A DNA stretch of 64,000 nucleotides from contig CAMDGF010000007.1 of assembly GCA_945897555.1 (NCBI GenBank), positions 444-64,443 on the forward strand, read 5' to 3'. Each line of letters starts with the position of its first letter. Positions within the stretch are counted from its first letter, which is position 1. The notes under the pieces are model-generated. The model was not told the DNA's origin, searched no databases, and was given only the letters and a program-made list of their open reading frames with translations. This DNA is from Klebsiella pneumoniae. GTDB lineage: Bacteria > Pseudomonadota > Gammaproteobacteria > Burkholderiales > UBA3065. Made by a program: the position numbers and the translations under genes. Positions 35,612-48,051 of the stretch are shown one piece after another.

Positions 35612-36772
35612 CTAGTCGTAGATATTCAGTTCTTCTACTCGGCGTGCCGGGTAGGTCTCCCAAGCCGAGCAGGCCGGGCACTGCCAGTAGTGCGATCGGG
35701 CGCGGAAGCCACACGCCGTGCAACGGTATTGCGACAAGCGGCGGGTGTGCTGGCCGAGCAGTTGGCGCAGCGTGGCGATGTCGCCCAGCGCACTACCGTG
35801 CTCGAGCTGGCGCGACACTGCCAGGATCGAGGGGCGCTGCAGCACTGCTTCGGCCAGCAGTGCGCGCGCCGCGTGCTCGCCCTCCACCGCCAGCACCACG
35901 CGCAGCGCTGCGTCCAACACGTCGACCGTCGGAGCCTGCTGCCAGAATCCGCGTAGCAGGTTCGCGGCATGCTGACCGCTGCCATGCGCCAAGGCTGATT
36001 CGGCGATAAGACCGGCGACCAGCGGCAGATCGTCGGCATTCTGGGCTTCGATGCGTTGCCAGCAGGCCAGTGCCCGTGCCGGGTCGCCTTGACGCAAGGC
36101 CAGACGGCCGCCGATCAGGTTGGCGCGTGTGCACTTGTAGTTGGCCGCGAGCGCGGCCTCCAGTGCCGACTGTGTGCCAGCGTCATCGGAGTGGTTGAAG
36201 GCTCGTTGTGCCACTTCGCACCAGTATTGCGCGATCTCTTGCGGGCGCGGGTGGCCGGTCACTTCCTCAAGGCGACGGGCGGTCTCGATGGCTTTGTGCC
36301 ATTCGCGTTCGGCGGCATACAGGTTGAGCAGTGGCGGCAGGGCACGGGCCTCTTGCGGCGTGCCGAGTAATCGGCGCAGCTCACCTTCGGCGCGATCGAG
36401 CAGGCCGGCAGCGAGAAAATCGAGCGCCAGCTCCAGCGTCACCTTCTGCCGCGACTCGGTGTCCAGCGCAGCCTCTTCGAGCAGGTTCTGGTGGATGCGG
36501 ATGGCGCGGTCGGTCTCGCCTTTGCGCCTGAACAAGCCGGCCAGCGCCAGCTGCAGCTCGGTATTGCCGCGCTCAGCGCGCGCGAGCTCGACCAGCACAT
36601 CGGTGGCACGGTCGGTGTCTTCTTCTACCAGCAGGTTCAGCGCGCGAAAGTAAGCCCGAGGCAGGGCCTTGGCCTCGCGCATGACCTGACGGATGTCGAT
36701 GCGCGCTGCCGCCCAGCCGAGCGCAAAGAAGGCCGGCAACACGGCCAGCCACCAGTATTCGATCTCAAGCAT
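35612..36772 (-). CDS. lapB: lipopolysaccharide assembly protein LapB (YciM)
   Basis: Trimmed to ATG 36772: [20 protein letters not shown] (TM segment), then TPR repeats and the C-terminal rubredoxin-like [18 protein letters not shown]. Confidence 0.88.
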   Translation of the reverse strand: MLEIEYWWLAVLPAFFALGWAAARIDIRQVMREAKALPRAYFRALNLLVEEDTDRATDVLVELARAERGNTELQLALAGLFRRKGETDRAIRIHQNLLEEAALDTESRQKVTLELALDFLAAGLLDRAEGELRRLLGTPQEARALPPLLNLYAAEREWHKAIETARRLEEVTGHPRPQEIAQYWCEVAQRAFNHSDDAGTQSALEAALAANYKCTRANLIGGRLALRQGDPARALACWQRIEAQNADDLPLVAGLIAESALAHGSGQHAANLLRGFWQQAPTVDVLDAALRVVLAVEGEHAARALLAEAVLQRPSILAVSRQLEHGSALGDIATLRQLLGQHTRRLSQYRCTACGFRARSHYWQCPACSAWETYPARRVEELNIYD

Positions 36773-37061
36773 CTGTAGCGTCCCGCGCCGGGCCTTGCGC
36801 CAACTCGGCACGCAGGCGGCGGATCTCGCTGCGCTGGCGTACCCAGGGCGACAGCATGGCCAACAGGCCCATGAGCGCGCCGGCGACAAAGAACACGAAG
36901 AGCATCAGCGCCATCGGCGCGCGCCACTCCAGCCCAAGGTAGTAGCGCAGGGTCACCGCATCACTGTTCTTGATGGCGAGCCCAAGCAGCAGCAGGAACA
37001 ACAACCCTTTGACCAGCCACGCGGCGATCTGCGCGAGTCGGGTCAGGGGCGAAGGGTCCAT
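36765..37061 (-). CDS. lapA: LapA-family (DUF1049) inner-membrane protein
   Basis: Trimmed to ATG 37061. 98 aa with two TM segments, directly upstream of and overlapping lapB by 8 nt. Confidence 0.7.
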   Translation of the reverse strand: MDPSPLTRLAQIAAWLVKGLLFLLLLGLAIKNSDAVTLRYYLGLEWRAPMALMLFVFFVAGALMGLLAMLSPWVRQRSEIRRLRAELAQGPARDATDA

Positions 37062-37143
37062 GGTCTCTGGTGGCGCGTCGATGCGGCGCTGGGAGCGCCC
37101 GGTGCGCAACTGTAACCGATTCGTCGTGGGCAACATCCTTCAG

Positions 37144-37174
37144 CCAAAAAGAAGGCTGCCCTGGGGCAGCCTTC
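37144..37174 (-). terminator. rho-independent terminator after ihfB
   Basis: The minus strand reads GAAGGCTGCC-CCAG-GGCAGCCTTC (perfect 10-bp stem) followed by TTTTTGG. Confidence 0.75.
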
Positions 37175-37207
37175 CGTCAGCTTGTTGCGGTTAACGCCAC
37201 GGCGGCC

Positions 37208-37501
37208 TCAGCCGTGGCGTGCGCTCTCGTCGACGCGGTCGCGCAACTCCTTGCCGGCTTTGAAGTGCGGGACGTGCTTGGCTGGCACGGGCACGGTATC
37301 GCCGGTCTTGGGGTTGCGCCCTTGGCGTGGAGGCCGGTAGTTGAGGCTGAAGCTGCCAAAACCACGGATCTCGATCCGGTGCCCTTCGCAAAGCGTCTGC
37401 GACATGGCATCGAGGATCGTCTTGACCGCGATCTCGGCGTCCTTGAGCACTAACTGCGGAAAGCGCACTGAAAGCTGCGCGATCAGCTCGGACTTGGTCA
37501 C
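37208..37501 (-). CDS. ihfB: integration host factor subunit beta
   Basis: 97 aa (GTG start). [16 protein letters not shown]...[29 protein letters not shown]. Confidence 0.95.
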   Translation of the reverse strand: MTKSELIAQLSVRFPQLVLKDAEIAVKTILDAMSQTLCEGHRIEIRGFGSFSLNYRPPRQGRNPKTGDTVPVPAKHVPHFKAGKELRDRVDESARHG

Positions 37502-37519
37502 GGGGTGTCGCCTCCGGCC

Positions 37520-39238
<1,719 letters not shown>

Positions 39239-39376
39239 TGATCAGGGGTTTCCATCGGCCCGGGCCGTGCGGACCGGGGTTGATTGCACACACCGTCGGC
39301 CGGGCGGCCTCGGGCACCTGTTGCTGCGAGTGGTTCGGCTTGTTCAGGGACGCGCCGCAAGGCGGCGAGAAGCGGA

Positions 39377-41392
39377 TCAGACCAGACCGGCGTCCCGCGC
39401 TGCCTGCATCACACGCTCCACCACGGCATCGATGCCGAGTTCGGTGGAGTCGATGACGACGGCCCCGGGACACACCTTGAGCGGGGCGGTGGCGCGAGCC
39501 GCATCGCGGGCGTCGCGCTCGGCCAGTTCCCGCTCGAGGGCGGTGAGGCTACCACTATCCTCGTTGCCATTCAAGGGCTTGTCTTGCAAAAGCGCTTTTG
39601 CCTGCAGTTGCTTGTAGCGGCGCGATGCGCGCGCGCTCACGCTGGCGGTCAGGTAGACCTTGAGCCGCGCGTCGCTGAACACCACCGAACCCATGTCGCG
39701 GCCGTCGGCCACCAGGCCCGGTGCATCGCGGAAGGCGCGCTGGGCTTGCAGCAGCGCGGCACGCAGGGGCGGGTGGACGGCCACGCGGCTGGCCGCTACA
39801 CCAGCGGCGGCACTGCGCACCGCATCGCTCACATCGCGGCCGTCGACGACGATGCGCTCGCCGTCGAAGCGGATGTCAAGCCGCTGCGCCAGCTCCGCCA
39901 GTGCAGTGCCGTCGTCGAGGTCCACACCATGATGCACGGCGGCGTGGCCGACCACGCGGTAGAGCGCGCCAGAATCGAGATATGCCCAACCAAGCCGTGC
40001 CGCCACACGCTGCGCGATGGTGCCCTTGCCGGATGCGGCGGTGCCGTCGATGGCGATCACCGGCACCTCCCCGCGCGCCAGCTCGTCAGCCGGCAACAGT
40101 CTGCGCAGGTCGTCCCAGTAGCCGGGGTAGGTCTTGGCGGTGCAGCCGGGGTCGTTGATGCGCACTGGTGAGCCCATCAGCGCCACCAACGAGAAGCACA
40201 TCGCCATGCGGTGGTCGTCGTAGGTGTCGACGGCGGCAAAGTCGAAGTTGAGCGGTGGGGTGATGCGCAGCCAGTCCTCGCCCTCCTCCACGATGGCGCC
40301 GACCTTGCGCAACTCGGTCGCCATGGCGTGGATGCGGTCGGTCTCTTTGACCCGCCACGAGCCGATGTGGGTGAGCCGGCACGGGCCGTCGGCGCGCAGC
40401 GCGCACACCGCCAGGGTCATGGCGGCGTCCGGGATGTGGTTGAAGTCGGCGTCGAAGGCGCGCACAGCGCCAGGCGCCGTCGCGCTCGCTTCCAGCCAGC
40501 CCGGGCCGGTGGTGATGGTGGCGCCCAGCATGCGCAACGCGTCGGCGAAGGCGATGTCACCCTGGATCGAGCCACTGTCCACCCCCTCGACCCGCACCGG
40601 GCCTCCGCCCAGCAGGCCAGCGGCGAGGAAGTAGGAAGCGCCGGAGGCATCGCCTTCCACATGCAACTCGCCGGGCGCGCGGTATGGGCCGGGTGGCACG
40701 CGAAAGCGCTGCCAGCTCTCGCTTTGCACCCGCAGGCCGAAGCGCTCCATGAGCCTGAGTGTGATCTCGATGTAGGGCTTGCTGATCAGCTCGCCGACCA
40801 CCTCGATGGTGGTGGCGCGGCCGGTGAGCGGCAAGGCCATGAGCAGCGCGGTGAGAAACTGGCTGGAGACATCGCCGCGGACGCGGATCGGCGCGTCATT
40901 CAGCGTGGCCGGGTGGATGGCGAGCGGCGGGTAGCCCTCGTTCTGTGTGCAGTCGATGGCGGCGCCGGCCGCGCGCAGCGCCTCGACCAGGTCACCGATG
41001 GGGCGCTCGTGCATGCGCGGCACACCGCGCACCGTGTACTCACCGCCGGAGAGCGCCAGCGCCGCAGCGAGCGGGCGGATGGCGGTGCCGGCATTGCCGA
41101 GGAAAAGGTCGGCCTGCTTCGTTGGAAACACGCCGCCGGCGCCCTCGACCTGCCAGTCGTCGCCGCCCGCCGCGGATCCGAGGTGGGTCAGCGTGATGCC
41201 GAGGGTGGTGAGTGCGTCGCGCATCACCCGCGTGTCGTCGGCGTCGAGCACGCCACGCAGCGTGGTGGTGCCGTGGGCCAATGCCGCCAGCAGCAGGCAG
41301 CGGTTGGAGATGCTCTTCGAGCCGGGCAGGCGCACGGTGCCGCGCGCGTGGCTCACTGGCGGCAGCAGGAGGGAGTCGGTGGCGTGGCTCAA
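39377..41392 (-). CDS. aroA: bifunctional 3-phosphoshikimate 1-carboxyvinyltransferase / cytidylate kinase (AroA-Cmk fusion)
   Basis: Single 671-aa frame. The N-terminal EPSP synthase part has [18 protein letters not shown] linker near aa 435-445 ([11 protein letters not shown]) leads into Cmk ([15 protein letters not shown]-loop). TTG start at 41392. Confidence 0.9.
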   Translation of the reverse strand: MSHATDSLLLPPVSHARGTVRLPGSKSISNRCLLLAALAHGTTTLRGVLDADDTRVMRDALTTLGITLTHLGSAAGGDDWQVEGAGGVFPTKQADLFLGNAGTAIRPLAAALALSGGEYTVRGVPRMHERPIGDLVEALRAAGAAIDCTQNEGYPPLAIHPATLNDAPIRVRGDVSSQFLTALLMALPLTGRATTIEVVGELISKPYIEITLRLMERFGLRVQSESWQRFRVPPGPYRAPGELHVEGDASGASYFLAAGLLGGGPVRVEGVDSGSIQGDIAFADALRMLGATITTGPGWLEASATAPGAVRAFDADFNHIPDAAMTLAVCALRADGPCRLTHIGSWRVKETDRIHAMATELRKVGAIVEEGEDWLRITPPLNFDFAAVDTYDDHRMAMCFSLVALMGSPVRINDPGCTAKTYPGYWDDLRRLLPADELARGEVPVIAIDGTAASGKGTIAQRVAARLGWAYLDSGALYRVVGHAAVHHGVDLDDGTALAELAQRLDIRFDGERIVVDGRDVSDAVRSAAAGVAASRVAVHPPLRAALLQAQRAFRDAPGLVADGRDMGSVVFSDARLKVYLTASVSARASRRYKQLQAKALLQDKPLNGNEDSGSLTALERELAERDARDAARATAPLKVCPGAVVIDSTELGIDAVVERVMQAARDAGLV

Positions 41393-41443
41393 GGGGAGGC
41401 GTGGCTGCGCGGGCGCGGGTTGTGGGGGCGGTGAGTGGCCGGC

Positions 41444-42349
41444 TCAGGTCTGGCCGGTGCGCTTGAGCCACTCGGCGCGGGCGTCTCGGGCCAATGCAAA
41501 GGTCCGCTGCAGTGCCTCGCCGTCGCTGGCCTCGAGGGCGGCGCGCAGGTGTGCCACCTGCACGGTGTAGCCGTCGAGCCGTTGCAGCAGCGCTGTGCGG
41601 TTGGCCAGCGCGATGTCGCGCCACATCTCCGGGTGGCTGCCGGCGATGCGCGTGAAGTCGCGGAATCCCGAGGCGGCATAAGAGAACAGCCGCTCGTGGT
41701 CGGGGTCTAGCGCCACTTGCGCCACCAGCGCATAGGCCAGCAGATGGGGCAGGTGCGACACGGTGGCGAACACATCGTCGTGTTGCATCGGCGTCATGCG
41801 ATGGATCACCGCGCCGGCGCTGCACCACATCGCCTCGACGCGTTCGACCGCAGCCGGGTCGGTCTCGGCCAGCGGGGTGACGACCACATTGCGGCCACGG
41901 TAGAGGTTGCCGCGCGCGGCCGCGGGCCCGCTCTTCTCGTCGCCGGCGATCGGGTGGGCTGGCACAAAGCGGGCCATGTGCGGTGCGAAATGCTCGCGTG
42001 CCGCGGCCACCACGTCGCTCTTGGTGCTGCCGGCATCTGTCACCACAGCCCGCGGCCCCACCCCGGGAGCGATCGCGGCGAGCATGCGCCCGGTCTGACC
42101 CACCGGCATCGCCAACACCACCACATCGGCGTCGCGCACGCCGGCGGCAGCATCGGTGAAGCCGTGATCGATCAGCCCCAACGCTCGCGCCTCATCGAGC
42201 GTGGCCTGCGAGCGGCCGATACCGACCACCGTGCCGACCGTGCCGGCCTCACGCAGCGCCGCTGCCAGTGAGCCGCCGATCAGCCCGACGCCGACGATGG
42301 CGAGGCGCTCGATGCGGAAGCTGTCAGAAGGGGGCGAAGCGGCGGTCAT
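41444..42349 (-). CDS. tyrA: prephenate/arogenate dehydrogenase
   Basis: Trimmed to ATG 42349: ...RLAIVGVGLIGGSLAAAL Rossmann motif, 301 aa. Upstream of aroA as in many beta-proteobacteria. Confidence 0.85.
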   Translation of the reverse strand: MTAASPPSDSFRIERLAIVGVGLIGGSLAAALREAGTVGTVVGIGRSQATLDEARALGLIDHGFTDAAAGVRDADVVVLAMPVGQTGRMLAAIAPGVGPRAVVTDAGSTKSDVVAAAREHFAPHMARFVPAHPIAGDEKSGPAAARGNLYRGRNVVVTPLAETDPAAVERVEAMWCSAGAVIHRMTPMQHDDVFATVSHLPHLLAYALVAQVALDPDHERLFSYAASGFRDFTRIAGSHPEMWRDIALANRTALLQRLDGYTVQVAHLRAALEASDGEALQRTFALARDARAEWLKRTGQT

Positions 42350-42476
42350 GAGTGCGGGTCGGTCTGGCGTTCGTTCGACGGGCTTCCGCCGACGCAGTCG
42401 ACGGGCGTGTGGGTCGTGGGTGGGATCAAGTCGTTGGGATGAGGTTTCCGGGGTCGGCGCTTGGCGGATGCCTGTG

Positions 42477-43949
42477 TCAGGCGCCGTTGGTCGGTGGCTG
42501 CTCCGCCAGCTCGGCCGCGCGCAATACCGCACGCGCCTTGTTCTCGGTCTCCTGCCACTCCGACTGGGGCACCGAATCCGCAACGATGCCGGCGCCGGCC
42601 TGCACGTAGAGCTGCCCTGCCTGGACCACGCCGGTGCGGATGGCGATCGCCACGTCCATGTTGCCACTGTAATCGAGGTAACCCACCGCGCCGCCATACA
42701 CGCCGCGCTTGGTCGGCTCAAACTCGTCGATGATCTGCATCGCCCGCACTTTGGGCGCACCCGACAGCGTGCCGGCGGGGAAGGTGGCCTTGAGCGCGTC
42801 GATGGCGTCGAGCCCCGGTTTGAGCTGGCCTTGCACGTTGGAGACAATGTGCATCACGTGCGAGTAGCGCTCGATGACCATGTGGTCGGTCACGTGCACG
42901 CTGCCGGTCTGCGCCACGCGGCCCACATCGTTGCGGCCGAGGTCCATCAGCTGCACATGCTCGGCGCGCTCCTTGGGATCGGCCAGCAGGTCTTCGGCCA
43001 GCGCGCGGTCTTCCTCGGGCGTGGCGCCGCGCGGGCGGGTGCCGGCGATCGGCCGCACATTCACCATGCCGTCTTCCAGCCGCACCAGGATCTCCGGGCT
43101 GGCGCCGACCACCTGGAACTCGCCGAAGTCGTAATAGAACATGTACGGCGAGGGGTTGAGGCTGCGCAGCGCGCGGTAGAGCGACAGTGGGTGAGCCGCC
43201 AGCGGACGGCGGCGGCGGTTGGCTAGCACCACCTGCATCATGTCGCCGGCGCGGATGTACTCCTGCGCCGCCGCGACCGCTTCCAGAAAGCCCGCCTCTG
43301 GCCACTCGCGCACCGCATCCACCGGCGGTGCGGACACTGCAGCAGGCGCGTGCGCGGCTTGGTCCAGCTGCGCGGTGAGCGCGTCCAGGCGCCGCTGCGC
43401 GGCAGCGAATGCATCCGGCAAAGACGGGTCGGCCCAGACGACGAGCGAGAGTTTGCCGCGCAGGTTGTCGAACACCGCCAGCTCATGACTCACCAGCAGG
43501 AGGATGTCCGGCAGGCCAAGCGGATCGGGCGGCGTGCTGTCGGCCAAGCGTTTTTCGATGTAGCGGACGATGTCGTAGGCAAAGTAGCCCGACAGCCCAC
43601 CGGCAAAGCGCGCCGGGCCCTCGCAGGGCGCCGCTTTGACCGCCGCCATGTGCTCACGCACCGCCAGCAGGGGGTCGGCCATGCTGCGCGTCGAGACCGG
43701 CTTGCGGTCGCGCTCCAGCGTCACCTCGTGACCTCGCACCACCAGCCGCTCGCGCGCTGGCAGACCGATGATCGAGTAGCGGCCAAAGCGCTCGCCACCC
43801 ACCACCGACTCGAGCAGGAAGGAGTCGGGCTTGTTGGCCAGCTTGAGATAGACGGTGAGTGGCGTCTCGAGGTCGGCATAGGTCTCGCGCATCACCGGGA
43901 TGAGGCTGTGGCCGGCGGCGGCGAGGCGGGCGAACTCGTGCTGGTTCAT
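42477..43949 (-). CDS. trpE: anthranilate synthase component I
   Basis: Trimmed to ATG 43949: MNQHEFARLAAAGHSLIPVMRETYADLETPLTVYLKL... The C-terminal chorismate-binding domain has GGAVGYLDYSGNMD. Confidence 0.93.
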   Translation of the reverse strand: MNQHEFARLAAAGHSLIPVMRETYADLETPLTVYLKLANKPDSFLLESVVGGERFGRYSIIGLPARERLVVRGHEVTLERDRKPVSTRSMADPLLAVREHMAAVKAAPCEGPARFAGGLSGYFAYDIVRYIEKRLADSTPPDPLGLPDILLLVSHELAVFDNLRGKLSLVVWADPSLPDAFAAAQRRLDALTAQLDQAAHAPAAVSAPPVDAVREWPEAGFLEAVAAAQEYIRAGDMMQVVLANRRRRPLAAHPLSLYRALRSLNPSPYMFYYDFGEFQVVGASPEILVRLEDGMVNVRPIAGTRPRGATPEEDRALAEDLLADPKERAEHVQLMDLGRNDVGRVAQTGSVHVTDHMVIERYSHVMHIVSNVQGQLKPGLDAIDALKATFPAGTLSGAPKVRAMQIIDEFEPTKRGVYGGAVGYLDYSGNMDVAIAIRTGVVQAGQLYVQAGAGIVADSVPQSEWQETENKARAVLRAAELAEQPPTNGA

Positions 43950-44713
43950 GCCGGGGCCTCGTCGGGCAGAGCCGTATCGGCCGAGGTCGTTCGCGCGGCG
44001 CCGGCGCGGCCAGCCAGCACCAGCAGTGCCGGCAACTCGACGAAGGACGCGATGATGCGGTCGGCTGCCAGCGGCACGCCGGGGCCACCCTCGTTGTAGC
44101 CATACGGCAGGCACCACACCGGACAGCCGGCAGCTCGCGCGGCCTCCACGTCGTTGCTCGAGTCGCCCACCATCAGCGCCTCTGCCGGCGCCACGCCGAA
44201 GTGGCTACAGGCGTGCAGCAGCATGTCGGGGTGCGGCTTCTTGCGGGCACACGTGTCGCCGCTCACCACCAGCTCGAAGAACCGGGCGAGGCCGGTCTTG
44301 TCGAGCAGCGGCAGGGTGAAGCGTTCGTGCTTGTTGGTGACGCAGGCCAGCGCAAAACCGGCCTTTTGCAGAGCGCCCAGCCCCTCGACCACGCCCGGGT
44401 AGGGCGGCGAGTCAAAGCCCAGCAGGCCCTCGTAGTGCGCCTCGAAGCGCGGCAGCAGCGCGTCGATCTCGGCCTGCGACGGCTCGCGCTGCAGCGCCAC
44501 GCGCAGCGATTGCGCCAGCAGGTGCCCGAGCCCGCGACCGATGAAGCTGACCACCTGCGGCAGGTCCAGCTCGGCCAGCCCCTGCTCGGCAAGGGTGCGG
44601 TTCATCGCGCGGGCGAGGTCGGGCCCCGACTCGAGCAGCGTGCCATCAAGGTCGATGAGCAGCGCGCGCACCGCCAGGCGTGGGCCCGCCAACGACGGTT
44701 CGCGGGATCCCAT
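43946..44713 (-). CDS. gph: phosphoglycolate phosphatase (HAD family)
   Basis: HAD motif I LLIDLDGTLL. Sits between rpe and trpE, and its stop overlaps the trpE ATG (ATGA). The start is ATG 44713 or GTG 44734. Confidence 0.85.
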   Translation of the reverse strand: MGSREPSLAGPRLAVRALLIDLDGTLLESGPDLARAMNRTLAEQGLAELDLPQVVSFIGRGLGHLLAQSLRVALQREPSQAEIDALLPRFEAHYEGLLGFDSPPYPGVVEGLGALQKAGFALACVTNKHERFTLPLLDKTGLARFFELVVSGDTCARKKPHPDMLLHACSHFGVAPAEALMVGDSSNDVEAARAAGCPVWCLPYGYNEGGPGVPLAADRIIASFVELPALLVLAGRAGAARTTSADTALPDEAPA

Positions 44714-44742
44714 CGGGTCGTGGTCGCCGTACACGGTGCTGT

Positions 44743-45456
44743 TCAGTGCAGCCGGCCCGGTGTAAGGCCGGCCAGTTCTTCACGCAAGGCGCGCAGCACG
44801 CTGTCGTAGCGGTGCGGGTCGGCGTCGCGGGCCGCACCGAACACGGCCGAGCCGGCCACAAAGGTGTCGGCTCCAGCGCGGGCCACTTCGGCGATGTTGT
44901 CGATCTTGATGCCGCCATCGACCTCGAGGCGGATGCGGTGCCCGGTCTCGCGCTCGTGGGCGTCGAGCAGGGCACGCACGCTGCGCAGCTTGCCGAGCGT
45001 CGAGGCGATGAACGATTGCCCGCCAAAGCCTGGGTTCACCGACATCAGCAGCACCAGATCGAGCTTGTCGAGCACGTGCTCGAGGTGCGCCACCGGCGTG
45101 GCCGGGTTGAGCACCAGCCCGGCTTGGCAGCCTTGGTCGCGGATCAGCGCGAGGGTGCGGTCGACGTGATCGGAGGCCTCAGGGTGGAAGCTGATCAGGT
45201 TGGCGCCGGCCTTGGCGAAGTCGGGCACGATCCGGTCGACCGGGCGCACCATCAGGTGGACGTCGATGGTGGCGGTGGTGTGCGGGCGGATGGCGGCGCA
45301 GACCAGTGGGCCGACGGTGAGGTTGGGCACGTAGTGGTTGTCCATCACATCGAAGTGCACCCAGTCGGCGCCAGCGGCGATGACGTTGTGCACCTCCTCA
45401 CCCAGCCGCGCGAAATCGGCCGAGAGGATGCTGGGGGCGATGACGAATCCGGACAT
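44743..45456 (-). CDS. rpe: ribulose-phosphate 3-epimerase
   Basis: Trimmed to ATG 45456: [22 protein letters not shown]...[14 protein letters not shown], 237 aa. Confidence 0.93.
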   Translation of the reverse strand: MSGFVIAPSILSADFARLGEEVHNVIAAGADWVHFDVMDNHYVPNLTVGPLVCAAIRPHTTATIDVHLMVRPVDRIVPDFAKAGANLISFHPEASDHVDRTLALIRDQGCQAGLVLNPATPVAHLEHVLDKLDLVLLMSVNPGFGGQSFIASTLGKLRSVRALLDAHERETGHRIRLEVDGGIKIDNIAEVARAGADTFVAGSAVFGAARDADPHRYDSVLRALREELAGLTPGRLH

Positions 45457-45565
45457 GGGCCAGAGCCTTGCAGGCACGTATCTCAAAGCGCGCCAGTGTA
45501 ACCGAGGGCCGTCGACGCACGAGTTCTGCCTTGCGTGTCGACCAGAAATCGGCTGCAATCGGGTC

Positions 45566-45949
45566 ATGAGTGATGACGCGATCCACCGCATCGAGGTCAC
45601 GGCGCACGCCGTGTTCCTCTCCGAGCAGTCGGACATTGTCGCCGACCGCTACGTATTCGCCTACACCGTGACCATCCGCAACAGCGGCTCGGTGCCGGCG
45701 CAATTGGTGGCGCGCCATTGGGTCATCACTGACGCGCTCAAGCGTGTGCAAGAGGTACGCGGCCAGGGTGTGGTGGGAGAACAGCCTTGGCTCGCGCCCG
45801 GTCAACACTTCGAGTATTCGAGCAGTGCCTCCATCGCCACGCCAGTGGGCACCATGCACGGCAGCTACCAGATGGTCGCTGCCGATGGCACGCGCTTCGA
45901 CGCCGAGATCCCGCCGTTCCAGCTGTGCCTGCCACGCACGCTGCATTGA
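45566..45949 (+). CDS. apaG: ApaG (DUF525) protein
   Basis: Trimmed to ATG 45566: [18 protein letters not shown]...[13 protein letters not shown]...HWVITDA...GEQP, 127 aa. Confidence 0.9.
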   Translation: MSDDAIHRIEVTAHAVFLSEQSDIVADRYVFAYTVTIRNSGSVPAQLVARHWVITDALKRVQEVRGQGVVGEQPWLAPGQHFEYSSSASIATPVGTMHGSYQMVAADGTRFDAEIPPFQLCLPRTLH

Positions 45950-47250
45950 TCGCGACGCTGACCAGGGGGCCCGCAAGCGCCCTGCCCGACGCCGCCGGCG
46001 GGCCTCGCCAGCGCGCCAGCCGTAGCTGGGCCGCGGCAGGCCTGCTCGTTGTGTTGGCCTCCTGCGCACAGTTGCCGGCACCGGGCAAGGCGAGACCGTC
46101 TGTTCCAGCAGCAAGCCCGCCAGCGCCTGCCCCCGACGCTGGCCGCGTGGTGAGCTTCGCCGACCTGCCGGGCTGGGCCGACGACCGTCATGCCGATGCG
46201 CTGGCCGCATTCCTCACTGGCTGCAAGGCGATCAAACCCGACAAGCCACTCGCTGCCGCCTGCGCTGCCGCACGCAGCCTTCCCGCGGGTGACGACGCGG
46301 TTGCACGGGCATTCTGGGAGGTGCGCTTCGAGCCGGTCGAACTGAGCCATGGCAACGGCGCCACCGATGGCCTCGTCACCGGATATTACGAGCCCGTGAT
46401 CCGCGGCTGCCGTGCGCGCGCACCGGGATGCAGCGTGCCCATCCACGGTGTGCCAGACGATCTCATCACGGTCGACCTTGCCGCCATCGACCCCGACCTC
46501 AAGGGCAAACGACTGCGCGGCCGGCTCGACGGGCGCAAGCTTGTGCCCTACGCCAGTCGTGCCGAGATCGACGCTCGAAACCGGATCGAAGCGCAAAACG
46601 GTGGCCCTGCCGGCAAGGGGAACGGCGGAGATACCATCGGCGCGGGCAACGGCAAGTCACCTCTGGCGCCCCTGCCGGCGCCCATCCTGGCGTGGGCTGC
46701 TGATGCAGTGGACCTCTTCTTCATGCAGGTGCAAGGCTCGGGGCGGCTGCAGATGGAGGACGGCACGGTGATGCGCGTGGGCTATGCCGATCAGAACGGT
46801 CACCCCTACCGGCCGGTCGGCCGCACCTTGGTGGAGCGCGGTGCGCTGCCGCGCGACGGCGTGTCGATGCAGTCGATCCGTGGGTGGCTGAGCGCCAACC
46901 CGGCCGAGCGCGACACAGTGCTCGCCAGCAACCCGAGCTACGTGTTCTTTCGCGAGTTGCCGCCCAGCGACGATGGCCCGCTCGGTTCGCTCGGCGTGCC
47001 GCTCACGCCGGCGCGCAGCATCGCTGTGGACTTGAACGCGGTGCCGCTGGGCAGTCCGGTCTGGCTCGTGACCACCGACCCCGACGATGGCAGCGCCATC
47101 CGCCGGCTGATGGCCGCGCAAGATACCGGTGGTGCCATTCGCGGCACGGTGCGTGCCGATTTGTTCTGGGGGCGTGGCGAGTTGGCTGCGGCCAAGGCCG
47201 GCCGCATGCAGCAACCCGGCCGCATGTGGCTGCTGCGGCCGCGTCAGTAG
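45946..47250 (+). CDS. mltA: membrane-bound lytic murein transglycosylase A
   Basis: TTG 45946 overlaps the apaG TGA. Lipobox VLASC, MltA/3D-domain C-terminus (RSIAVD...AQDTGGAIRG..RADLFWG). The ORF-track start at 45787 would overlap apaG by 160 nt. Confidence 0.85.
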   Translation: MIATLTRGPASALPDAAGGPRQRASRSWAAAGLLVVLASCAQLPAPGKARPSVPAASPPAPAPDAGRVVSFADLPGWADDRHADALAAFLTGCKAIKPDKPLAAACAAARSLPAGDDAVARAFWEVRFEPVELSHGNGATDGLVTGYYEPVIRGCRARAPGCSVPIHGVPDDLITVDLAAIDPDLKGKRLRGRLDGRKLVPYASRAEIDARNRIEAQNGGPAGKGNGGDTIGAGNGKSPLAPLPAPILAWAADAVDLFFMQVQGSGRLQMEDGTVMRVGYADQNGHPYRPVGRTLVERGALPRDGVSMQSIRGWLSANPAERDTVLASNPSYVFFRELPPSDDGPLGSLGVPLTPARSIAVDLNAVPLGSPVWLVTTDPDDGSAIRRLMAAQDTGGAIRGTVRADLFWGRGELAAAKAGRMQQPGRMWLLRPRQ

Positions 47251-47254
47251 CCGC

Positions 47255-47998
47255 CTACCTCGCGCTTTCGTTGAGGTAGCGCTCGATGTCCTTGGCGCCG
47301 ATCGCACCCGGCACCGTGCGCCCGCTGGCGAACACCAGCGTCGGCGTGCCGTTGACACGCAGCTTCTCGCCAAGCGCCGCGACCTTGCCCACCGGGTTGT
47401 CGCAGTCGGCGCCGGCGGTCGGGTTCTTGCCCTCGAGCATCAGCTCTTTCCACGCCTTCAAGCGATCGCCGCTGCACCACACGCGCCGTGACCGCTCGTT
47501 GGCCTGAGGATGCAAGCGGTCGATCGGGTAGAGGAAGGTGTAGATGGTGACATCGCTGACCTCCTGCAGCGACTTCTCGAGCCGTTTGCAGAACGGGCAA
47601 TCGGCGTCAGAGAACACCACCAGTTTGCGCTTGCCGGTGCCCTTCACCTCCTTGATGGCGAGTTCGACCGGCAGGCTGGTGAAGTCGATGCTGCGCAACT
47701 TGGAGAGGCGGTCATCGGTGAGGTTGGTGCGCGTCTTGGTGTCGACCAGCATGCCATTGAGAAGCACGTGGTCGCCTTTGTCGTCGGCGTAGAAGATCTG
47801 GCCATCGGCATAGACCTCCCAGAGGCCGGCGATGGGCGACTTGTTCACTTGCTCGATGCCGAGGTCGGGAAAACGGGTCTGCAGCGTCTTCCGCAGGGCG
47901 TCGTTGGCCATTGCGGGCAGCGCCATGAGGGCCAGTGCCACGGTGAGTGGGCCGAAGGTGAGGACATGGCGGAGCGTTGTGCGGCGGGTCATGGGCAT
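47255..47998 (-). CDS. dsbC: periplasmic thiol:disulfide interchange protein DsbC/DsbG family
   Basis: 247 aa. Signal peptide ...LALMALPAMA, N-terminal dimerisation domain and a Trx domain with CPFC. Confidence 0.83.
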   Translation of the reverse strand: MPMTRRTTLRHVLTFGPLTVALALMALPAMANDALRKTLQTRFPDLGIEQVNKSPIAGLWEVYADGQIFYADDKGDHVLLNGMLVDTKTRTNLTDDRLSKLRSIDFTSLPVELAIKEVKGTGKRKLVVFSDADCPFCKRLEKSLQEVSDVTIYTFLYPIDRLHPQANERSRRVWCSGDRLKAWKELMLEGKNPTAGADCDNPVGKVAALGEKLRVNGTPTLVFASGRTVPGAIGAKDIERYLNESAR

Positions 47999-48051
47999 TC
48001 CGGAAGAGAGGCTTTGCCGCTCGACGGCAAAGAAAGGGTGGTGGCGCGACC

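Noticed and set aside
45519-45550. Imperfect inverted repeat GTCGACGCAC...GCGTGTCGAC in the rpe/apaG divergent spacer.
   Set aside because: Only the 6-bp GTCGAC ends pair cleanly. That is too weak to call a regulatory site without comparative data.
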